64,000 nucleotides of DNA from NCBI GenBank assembly GCA_963520835.1, contig CAUQSJ010000004.1:18158-82157 (forward strand), given 5' to 3'. This stretch comes from an uncultured Candidatus Saccharibacteria bacterium. GTDB lineage: Bacteria; Patescibacteriota; Saccharimonadia; Saccharimonadales; Saccharimonadaceae. The position numbers and the translations under genes are program-made. Shown piece after piece: positions 25,563 to 32,910 of this stretch (its first letter is position 1; every line of letters starts with the position of its first letter). The notes under the pieces were generated by a model that worked only from the letters and a program-made list of their open reading frames with translations, had not been told where the DNA came from and ran no database searches.

Positions 25563-26551
25563 ACGGCAATGGAAGACGAGAGGAAGGCGATAAAAATACC
25601 AAGTAGGGTGAGAGCTAGGCCAATTAGAAAGATGCTTGGTGAATTTACGAAACTAGAAACTAGAGTGACGTCAATGTCATAGCCACTGAGTTTTGGGGCG
25701 ATGAGGCGGAAGAGAAAGAAACCTATAATGGTTGATAAAATACCAGCAAAGAAGCCAGACATGATTGCCTCAATAAGAAATGGGCCACGTATGAAATGAT
25801 TATCGGCGCCAACTAATTTTTCCATGTAGATTTCTTCGCTACGAGAGTAAATGGCCATGCGGATGGTGTTGAAAATTACCAGAACGGAGATGACTAGAAG
25901 AATGAGAGAGATGGCGAGACCACCGGTTTTAGCAATGTTGGACCAAGAAGTAATGGTTTCAATAGCGGTATCATTGGTGTCGTAGGTCGGTTCCTTTTTT
26001 GGATCGAGATTTTCGTGGACTTCCGAATCGGTATTAACGATTTCCTTAATAGTATTAAGTTTATTGGTGTCGTAGACTTTTATGCGAAGTGCGGAAGGCA
26101 TAGAAGAAAGCATTAGTTCTTTCATGTCAGGATCATCGAGGGTAGAAAGGAGATTATTTTCATTATTTTTCTTAGTTTCCTCGACGAATTTATTAAATTC
26201 TTCTTCGGTAGTAGTGTAGGAAATTTGGCGTATGTTAGTGTCGGAAGAGAATTTTTTCTTGATTTTTTCAAGCGTAATAATTTCGGTATTAGGCTTAAAA
26301 TAAATGGTGATATCGACTTTTTCGCGCATTTTATCGGCGGTAGAAGATAACACTAAGCTAGCAGTGGCGGTAGCAAAAAGTAGAGTTAAAGTAAGAGTCA
26401 TCACGAAAGTCGAAGTGATAGAAAGCCAAATATTACGACCATAGCCAATGATGCCGTATTTCATGATGCGAAAATTAGTGCGAAGGAGATGTCCGCGACT
26501 GTTTTTCTGCATGGTCTTAAGTTTTCTTAAGGTTTCATTTTTTTGTTTCAT
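25538..26551 (-). CDS. ftsX: cell-division permease-like protein FtsX
   Basis: 337 aa. TM1, large extracytoplasmic loop, three C-terminal TMs. Lies directly downstream of ftsE. Confidence 0.85.
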   Translation of the reverse strand: MKQKNETLRKLKTMQKNSRGHLLRTNFRIMKYGIIGYGRNIWLSITSTFVMTLTLTLLFATATASLVLSSTADKMREKVDITIYFKPNTEIITLEKIKKKFSSDTNIRQISYTTTEEEFNKFVEETKKNNENNLLSTLDDPDMKELMLSSMPSALRIKVYDTNKLNTIKEIVNTDSEVHENLDPKKEPTYDTNDTAIETITSWSNIAKTGGLAISLILLVISVLVIFNTIRMAIYSRSEEIYMEKLVGADNHFIRGPFLIEAIMSGFFAGILSTIIGFFLFRLIAPKLSGYDIDVTLVSSFVNSPSIFLIGLALTLLGIFIAFLSSSIAVRKYLKRL

Positions 26552-26559
26552 AGGCTTCC

Positions 26560-27597
26560 TTATTGAATTAAACGGTGATTGCGCGAGCGTTTGGTCTGGT
26601 TGGATTCAGGTGGCCTGGAGCTGGCGATAGAATTGGAATTTTCGTGAGGAACTCTGAGCTGTGAACGTTGACTATCGCGGTAAAGTTCGGTTTCGCGTCG
26701 AGGAGTGGTCTCGCGACGAGGTCCAGTCTCATGACGGAATTCGGCCTCGCGACGAGGTTCGGTTTCTCGTCGAGGAGTGGTTTCGTGGCGAATAGTTTCG
26801 TAAGATGGGGTGGCCTCGCGGCGTAGCTCAGCTTCGGCGGTTTTGTAGAGATAAGAAGTCGGGCGCATGTGACCTGGTTGTGGTAAATCGGAAATACCGT
26901 CATTATCAGTGTCAAGGCGATAAATACCGTGCTCTTTTTGGTCGGAAATAATCTTACCATCACGCATAGTGATGACGCGCTTCTTTAAGAGATTGACGAT
27001 ATTGGCATCGTGGGTGGTAACTAAAATAGTGGTACCGTAATTGTTAATTTTTTGTAATAAATCAATAATTTCCTTAGAGGTTAAAACATCGAGGTTCCCA
27101 GTAGGCTCATCGGCAATGAGAATTTTTGGTTGACGAGCAACAGAGCGTGCAATCGAGACACGCTGTCTTTCCCCACCAGAGAGGTCGGCGGGAAAACGAT
27201 TAGCTTTATCGGAAAGGCCGACAAGATCGAGTACTTTTGGCACAGTATTTTCAATTTCATGATTCGACATGCCGGCAATTTCGAGAGCGAAGGCGACGTT
27301 TTCAAAAACTGTACGCGATGGGAGTAACTTGTAATCCTGAAAAACTACACCGATGCGACGACGGTAGTCTGGAATATGGCGACGTTTCACGTAATCAAGA
27401 TCGATGCCACCGATGATAATCTTGCCGGAATCTGGAGTAGCTTCCTTAGTAATCATCTTCAAGAGAGTAGACTTACCAGCACCGGATTTACCAACCAAAA
27501 AAACAAATTCATTAGCACTAATATGCAAGGAAATATCATCGAGAACAGCGCGGGTACCCTTACCGTAGCGCTTGGTGACATGATCGAACAATATCAT
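26560..27597 (-). CDS. ftsE: cell-division ATP-binding protein FtsE with a roughly 118-aa charged repeat tail
   Basis: 345 aa. Walker A GKSGAGKST, signature LSGGERQR, Walker B ILIADEPT. The extra C-terminus contains RREATP/RHETTP/RRETEP/RREAEF/RHETGP/RRETTP/RRETEL repeats. Confidence 0.9.
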   Translation of the reverse strand: MILFDHVTKRYGKGTRAVLDDISLHISANEFVFLVGKSGAGKSTLLKMITKEATPDSGKIIIGGIDLDYVKRRHIPDYRRRIGVVFQDYKLLPSRTVFENVAFALEIAGMSNHEIENTVPKVLDLVGLSDKANRFPADLSGGERQRVSIARSVARQPKILIADEPTGNLDVLTSKEIIDLLQKINNYGTTILVTTHDANIVNLLKKRVITMRDGKIISDQKEHGIYRLDTDNDGISDLPQPGHMRPTSYLYKTAEAELRREATPSYETIRHETTPRRETEPRREAEFRHETGPRRETTPRRETELYRDSQRSQLRVPHENSNSIASSRPPESNQTKRSRNHRLIQ

Positions 27598-27659
27598 ACT
27601 CTTATATTACCATAAACAGTAAGAATTAAAAAATGAAAAAGCCAGACACTAGGTTCTAA

Positions 27660-28745
27660 TTATTTTTGGCCAACTAGGGATTCGAGATAGGCGTCGATAA
27701 AATTGTCAATTTTGCCGTCAAGTACGGAGTCCACATCAGTTTCTTCGTATTTGGTGCGGGTATCTTTGACGAGTTTATAAGGTTGCATGACGTAGTTACG
27801 AATTTGCTGACCCCAACTGGCAGATTCGCCGGCACGTAATTGATTAATGGATTCGGCTTGCTGGTCTTGTTGCATTTTGAGTAGTTTACCACGAAGAATT
27901 TCCATGGCTTTTTCGCGGTTTTGGAGTTGGGAACGCTCATTTTGAATAGCCACCACGGTATTGGTCGGCAAGTGAGTGATGCGAATGGCGGAATTGGTGG
28001 TATTTACAGATTGTCCGCCATGTCCACCAGCGTGATAAGTGTCAATACGAAGGTCTTTTTCATCGATTTTTAGATCATCTTCGCTATCGAGAATCGGCAG
28101 AACTTCCACTAGTGAAAATGAAGTTTGGCGAAGGTTATCGGCGTTAAAAGGAGAAAGGCGCACCAGGCGATGTACGCCATGTTCAGACTTGAGGTGGCCA
28201 TACATTTCGGGGCCATAAACTTCGTAAACGGCAGTCTTGATACCGGCTTCTTCCCCTGTACTACGTTCGATTAATTCAATATCGTAACCATGTTTTTCGA
28301 AAAACCTTAGATACATGCGCTCCAAAATTCCTGCCCAGTCCATAGCCTCAGTGCCACCGGCGCCAGCGGTAATGCGAATAATGGCGTCCTTCTGATCGAG
28401 TGGGTCGGTGAAGCGGAGAGATTTTTTGAGTTCAGCGTAAGTTTCCTCGTGAGCGGTAAGTTGAGCCTCGATTTCCTCAGCGAGATCTTCGGCGGAAAGT
28501 TCGATTAACTCGTGTAGGTCATTCACTTGAGATTTGAGAATTTGCCAAGTGCTGAGCTCGCTTTCGAGTTTTTTGAGTTCAGTATTGACGGATTTGGCAC
28601 GAGCAAGATCGTTCCAGAGTTCAGGCTTGGCGGATTCTTCTTGAAGATGGGCGAGTCTAGCAAATTTTTCATCAAGATTTAGCTTAGCCCAGGTGTCATC
28701 AATCCCCTCTTGCAAGAGAGTGAGGCGTTTTTCGAGGTTATTCAT
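27660..28745 (-). CDS. prfB: peptide chain release factor 2 (single frame, no programmed frameshift)
   Basis: Start at MNNLEKRL (ATG 28745). SPF tripeptide (RLSPFNA) and GGQ (HAGGHGGQSVNTT). Confidence 0.9.
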   Translation of the reverse strand: MNNLEKRLTLLQEGIDDTWAKLNLDEKFARLAHLQEESAKPELWNDLARAKSVNTELKKLESELSTWQILKSQVNDLHELIELSAEDLAEEIEAQLTAHEETYAELKKSLRFTDPLDQKDAIIRITAGAGGTEAMDWAGILERMYLRFFEKHGYDIELIERSTGEEAGIKTAVYEVYGPEMYGHLKSEHGVHRLVRLSPFNADNLRQTSFSLVEVLPILDSEDDLKIDEKDLRIDTYHAGGHGGQSVNTTNSAIRITHLPTNTVVAIQNERSQLQNREKAMEILRGKLLKMQQDQQAESINQLRAGESASWGQQIRNYVMQPYKLVKDTRTKYEETDVDSVLDGKIDNFIDAYLESLVGQK

Positions 28746-28766
28746 ATAGATATTATAACTGATAAA

Positions 28767-28796
28767 GTGACAAGAGATGAGAAAATGTGGTATAAT
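28767..28796 (+). promoter_or_regulatory. sigma70-like promoter of tRNA-Gln(CTG)
   Basis: -35 GTGACA (28767-28772), 18-nt spacer, extended -10 TGGTATAAT (TATAAT 28791-28796). The tRNA starts 11 nt later. Confidence 0.5.
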
Positions 28797-28806
28797 GAAA
28801 AGACAT

Positions 28807-28881
28807 TGGAGATTCGCCAAGTGGTAAGGCAGTGGGTTCTGGTCCCACCATTCGGGGGTTCGAATCCCTCATCTCCAGCCA
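28807..28881 (+). tRNA. tRNA-Gln (anticodon CTG), CCA encoded
   Basis: Acceptor TGGAGAT/ATCTCCA, anticodon arm GTGGG-TTCTGGT-CCCAC, T arm GGGGG-TTCGAAT-CCCTC. Confidence 0.9.
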
Positions 28882-29097
28882 AGTTGAAATTATGATTAAA
28901 CTGCCGTAGATTTATGGTAGTTTTTTATTTTGTATTTTAATATTTTTTTGAATTTACTTAATATTTTTTGAAAATCTAGCTAGATTTTACGGTGTAGGAT
29001 TAGTTTTACAATATTTAAAAAGATCGGCCAGGTGTATGCTATTCTAAAAAAACTGTTATAAATGTGAAGACCGTGGTGATTTTGTTTAAACAAAAAA

Positions 29098-29121
29098 TCC
29101 CTAAATCTTGCGATTTAGGGA
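29098..29121 (-). terminator. rho-independent terminator after tRNA-Gln(TTG)
   Basis: 10-bp stem TCCCTAAATC/GATTTAGGGA with loop TTGC. The minus strand continues TTTTTT. Confidence 0.7.
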
Positions 29122-29133
29122 ACATAATTTTTG

Positions 29134-29208
29134 TGGCTGGATCGGCAGGATTCGAACCTGCGAATGCTGGGACCAAAACCCAGTGCCTTACCGCTTGGCG
29201 ACGATCCA
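29134..29208 (-). tRNA. tRNA-Gln (anticodon TTG), CCA encoded
   Basis: The reverse complement folds as TGGATCG..CTGGG-TTTTGGT-CCCAG..GCAGG-TTCGAAT-CCTGC-CGATCCA-G-CCA. Confidence 0.9.
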
Positions 29209-29217
29209 ATCTGTTAT

Positions 29218-29246
29218 ATTTTAGCACGAAAATTGATTTTTCACAA
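29218..29246 (-). promoter_or_regulatory. sigma70-like promoter of tRNA-Gln(TTG)
   Basis: Minus strand -35 TTGTGA (29241-29246), 17-nt spacer, -10 TAAAAT (29218-29223). 9 nt separate the -10 from the tRNA 5' end. Confidence 0.5.
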
Positions 29247-29334
29247 TAAAATTGGTGCTAATGAGATGCTTTGGCTATGATTTGGATTCTAGAAGGTAGG
29301 TGGATAATTTCGAAAATAGGGGGTAATTTTGAAA

Positions 29335-29931
29335 TTAAACTTCGTAATAATGCAGGGCACAATTTGGATATGGTTCTTCGATAATATTATCGTAAAGAAA
29401 TGAATAAAAAAGTTGTTCAGCGGTGCCACCACGCAAAACAAAGTCAATCAGGCGAAGAAAATCACCGTGAGAGACAATCAAAATTGTAGAATCTGGGTCA
29501 TTATTTTTGAATAATTCATTTTTGACAAAATCTTCTGCGCGGAGATACATGGAATGAATACTTTCCATGTTAAATCTTTCACTATTGAAGCGGTCTTTCC
29601 AGCTAATGCTGTGTAATTTTTGGCTATCCTTTCCTTCGAAAACGCCAAAAGCCCGTTCGACAAGACGACGGTCGTATTGAATGTGGCAGAGATGCTGATG
29701 GTCAATGTGGTTGGTTTTGGGATCGAGGTGACCAGTGACGATTTGAGCGGTTTTGCTAGTACGCATCAGAGGTGAGGCGTAGCAGCGATCAAACTGCACA
29801 TTCTTCAGTTGACGTTTGATTTTGAGGGCTTGTTTGACGCCAGTGGTATTAAGATTAGTATCGAGTAATCCGGCATTCACACCTTGTTTGTTCGCATCGG
29901 TTTCGCCGTGCCTTAGAGTATAAATCTTCAT
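29335..29931 (-). CDS. histidine phosphatase family protein (phosphoglycerate-mutase-like)
   Basis: 198 aa with the RHGETDAN catalytic motif at the N-terminus and a later SHGDF His motif. Confidence 0.8.
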   Translation of the reverse strand: MKIYTLRHGETDANKQGVNAGLLDTNLNTTGVKQALKIKRQLKNVQFDRCYASPLMRTSKTAQIVTGHLDPKTNHIDHQHLCHIQYDRRLVERAFGVFEGKDSQKLHSISWKDRFNSERFNMESIHSMYLRAEDFVKNELFKNNDPDSTILIVSHGDFLRLIDFVLRGGTAEQLFYSFLYDNIIEEPYPNCALHYYEV

Positions 29932-29932
29932 G

Positions 29933-31495
29933 CTAATTTGCGGCTCCGTAATTATTTAAAAAATCTTTGAAGAAAGGTTGGTTTTTGTAGGTTTGATTAT
30001 AGTCGAAATTACTTTCAGGTACCGGAAATGGGAGGTTGGCGTAGAGTGGCTGCCAATAGCTGGAATTATTTGAAAGTGCTTTGGAAGTACGGGAAGAAAG
30101 TGGGTTTTTCAAGAGATTGCCGAGGCCGAGACGCTTGGTGGCTTCCGAAAGACCAGAGATGAGGCCGCCGTTATTTTCTTGATTAAATTGTTTGAGGTCT
30201 TCAATGAGAATTGGCGGAGAAGCCATGCGATGATGATAAGCGGTGCGAAGTTCGTCAACTTCGCCAACACATTCAAAAGGCTTCATGGTATTATCGACAC
30301 CAAGCAGCCCCTTGAAGGTATTGAAAAGCTCAGGTTTTTTAAAGAGATCCTCGTCATTGAAGAGAGATTGGAGATATTGAGGTGGGACGAATGGGCAAAA
30401 AAGTAGATAAGAATTGGCGCATTTGGCACATTTTCCGCACCATTTGAGGGTGGAATTTTGATTCTTTTGTTTATAATTGGCCTCATTGCAGGAGCTGAAA
30501 CTGTATCCGTACTCTTTCCAGCATTTTTGGACAAAAAGTTCGGCGATTTTTAATTCCGTGTATTGACGGATAATTGAGCCAACATGAAGTTCTGGTGAAA
30601 GGTAGCAGCGCACATACTCGGTGAAAAAGCGTTCGGCGTCCCAGGTTTTGGACCATTGATGGTTGACTGGGAGATCACCGATCATGGCATGAGGTTCGGC
30701 GCCTTCGTGACCGATACTGGTGAGAACTACCTTTTGGTTATTTAAGATAGCCTGAATCAAAGCGAGGGCTTCGACGATGAAGGTAACCGGGACGTGACCA
30801 TTGAGGCCGTGGGATTTTTGAAGATGAGCAATATCGATCTCGCGGTAAACGATACTGGCGTTCATGTGGGTGAAAGAATCGCCAAGCGTATCGATGACGT
30901 GTGGATGCGAAAGACTGGGGTCGCTAGTGACGTACCACGGTTCGAACGGAATGTTCTTTTCTTTAAGTAATTTTGCAACCAGCAGGCTATCTTTACCACC
31001 AGATTGCAGGGCGAGATTACCTTGACCGCTATATTTTACAGCTGGTTTGGCTTGATAATTCGGAGTGGGTTGGAAGTGGGCTAAATGAGCACGGGTGAGA
31101 CGATTTTCGAAGGCGTATTGACTAAGGCCTTCTTGATAAACCGTACTAAAGAACTGGGCCTGAAAAGTATCGATGGGTACGTCGAGTTTGACTGCGGGGG
31201 TGGGATGGGTTTTATAATAGCTGGTACCAATCAAAATAAAGGCCAGGAACATTGCGCTGTCGAGTAGTTGGTCAAGGGCGGGATCGGCATTAGGATTGAA
31301 GCGATATTTTTTATCGGCATCGGCCTTTTTAGCGAAATGAATTTTTTCGGTGAAGAAAATATTATCAATTCCCTGGTAGACAAAACTAGCCGTCAAAGAG
31401 GCGCGATCTAGATAGTAGCTGACAAAACGAAAAACTGGATTCCCAGAGGAAGGCTGATTGGTCGAATTAGAAAAACTAATAGCGTTTTCGTTCAT
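29933..31495 (-). CDS. PP-loop (SGGKDS) ATP pyrophosphatase-fold protein of unknown function; candidate MurL-type epimerase
   Basis: 520 aa. LALQSGGKDSLLVAKLL PP-loop, Cys cluster WCGKCAKCANSY. Lies 46 nt downstream of murD on the same strand. Confidence 0.5.
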   Translation of the reverse strand: MNENAISFSNSTNQPSSGNPVFRFVSYYLDRASLTASFVYQGIDNIFFTEKIHFAKKADADKKYRFNPNADPALDQLLDSAMFLAFILIGTSYYKTHPTPAVKLDVPIDTFQAQFFSTVYQEGLSQYAFENRLTRAHLAHFQPTPNYQAKPAVKYSGQGNLALQSGGKDSLLVAKLLKEKNIPFEPWYVTSDPSLSHPHVIDTLGDSFTHMNASIVYREIDIAHLQKSHGLNGHVPVTFIVEALALIQAILNNQKVVLTSIGHEGAEPHAMIGDLPVNHQWSKTWDAERFFTEYVRCYLSPELHVGSIIRQYTELKIAELFVQKCWKEYGYSFSSCNEANYKQKNQNSTLKWCGKCAKCANSYLLFCPFVPPQYLQSLFNDEDLFKKPELFNTFKGLLGVDNTMKPFECVGEVDELRTAYHHRMASPPILIEDLKQFNQENNGGLISGLSEATKRLGLGNLLKNPLSSRTSKALSNNSSYWQPLYANLPFPVPESNFDYNQTYKNQPFFKDFLNNYGAAN

Positions 31496-31541
31496 TACAT
31501 TAATTTTATCAAAAATGAGAGATTTTGGTAGATGGTTATGG

Positions 31542-32873
31542 TTATTTTAGGCTTTTTACGAGGGCCTGGAACTGCTCGCCGCGATTACTAAAATTCTTAA
31601 ACATATCAAAACTGGCGGCGCCTGGACTCATTAAAACAATGGCTTCTTTTGGGCAATTTTTAGAAATCGGTAGACAGAGATCGTAGTTGCTCGCGACCAG
31701 TTCGGTTTGGGCTTCGGCAAGTTTCCTGGCGATATTCACAGCCTCTTCGAGGGTTTCGGCGAAACAATATTTTTCGGGATCCTCACCTGCGGCGAGACGG
31801 GTTTTGGTTTCTCCGATGAGAATGATTTTCTTGAGATTTTTGGCGGAAAAGAAACGTTGTTTCATTTCGGTGAGATCAAGTCCGCGATCAAAACCTCCGG
31901 CGATCAAGAAGGTGGGATAATTTTCGAAGGCAGCGATGGCGACATCGGCCGCTGGAAAGGCCGAAGAATAATTATCATCATAATAGCGTACATGGTTGAG
32001 TTCGCGGACGAATTGTAGACGATGTGGTAGACCTTGGAATTTATGGAGTCCGTCGGCAATTTTTTGGTAGAGTTCGCGATTTTCTGGTAAGAAAAGCTCG
32101 TCATAAGAAACATTGAGTAGGGCAAGTACGGCCAAAATGGCAGCTTCGGCATTTTCGCGATTGTGTTCGCCAGGAATTTGTAACTGATTAAGTAGCGTGT
32201 TTAATTCTTCAAGATGGGATTTGATTGGATAAGAGAATTTTTTCCCCTTACTAAGTTCACCGATGGTTTCAGAGTATAGGTTATTAGCGTAGTAAATACA
32301 GGAATCTTCAGCGGTCTGATTCAAAACGATATGGGATTTGGCATCGACGTAGTCATCGAAATCTGGATGACGGTCGAGATGATCGGGCTCAATGCGTAAC
32401 ACTACGGAGATGTGAGGAGATTTTTCGAGATCCCAGCATTGGAAGCTACTCATTTCGTAAACCACGATGTCTTTTTCGGTGATTTGATCGAGCTCGAGGA
32501 TGGCGGGGTTGCCAATATTGCCGACCAGATGGACATGTGCGAATTTTTCAGAGAATTCACGCAAGATTGACGCAATAATGGAGCAAGTAGTCCCCTTGCC
32601 CTTAGTACCAGTGACGCCGATAATCGGAGCTTTGACGTGACTAAAGAAGTAATTAGTAATAGTGGTCCAATTATCGATGAGATGAGGTGATTTTTGCTTG
32701 GCTAGATAAAGTGGATGCACGGAAGGGCTACGAAAAACCAGGTCAAAATTTTCTAGACCAAAAGAATCAAGTTCTTCATCGGTGAATTTTTCGAAAAAAG
32801 TAATTTCATCGTTTTTGAAATATTCGGCGACGGCATTACCTTCCACCCCTTTACCTAAAACTGCAATTTTCAT
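31542..32873 (-). CDS. murD: UDP-N-acetylmuramoyl-L-alanine--glutamate ligase (MurD family)
   Basis: 443 aa. N-terminal Rossmann-like KIAVLGKGVEG, Mur ligase P-loop GVTGTKGKGTT. Confidence 0.85.
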   Translation of the reverse strand: MKIAVLGKGVEGNAVAEYFKNDEITFFEKFTDEELDSFGLENFDLVFRSPSVHPLYLAKQKSPHLIDNWTTITNYFFSHVKAPIIGVTGTKGKGTTCSIIASILREFSEKFAHVHLVGNIGNPAILELDQITEKDIVVYEMSSFQCWDLEKSPHISVVLRIEPDHLDRHPDFDDYVDAKSHIVLNQTAEDSCIYYANNLYSETIGELSKGKKFSYPIKSHLEELNTLLNQLQIPGEHNRENAEAAILAVLALLNVSYDELFLPENRELYQKIADGLHKFQGLPHRLQFVRELNHVRYYDDNYSSAFPAADVAIAAFENYPTFLIAGGFDRGLDLTEMKQRFFSAKNLKKIILIGETKTRLAAGEDPEKYCFAETLEEAVNIARKLAEAQTELVASNYDLCLPISKNCPKEAIVLMSPGAASFDMFKNFSNRGEQFQALVKSLK

Positions 32874-32910
32874 AAGTCTATTATAGCACTCTGGTGGAAT
32901 TTAGTTTTAG

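Noticed and set aside
27660-28745. Programmed +1 frameshift in prfB
   Set aside because: The whole RF2 sequence, from MNNLEKRL through the SPF and GGQ motifs to the C-terminus, is in one frame. There is no CTT TGA-type shift site near codons 20-30.
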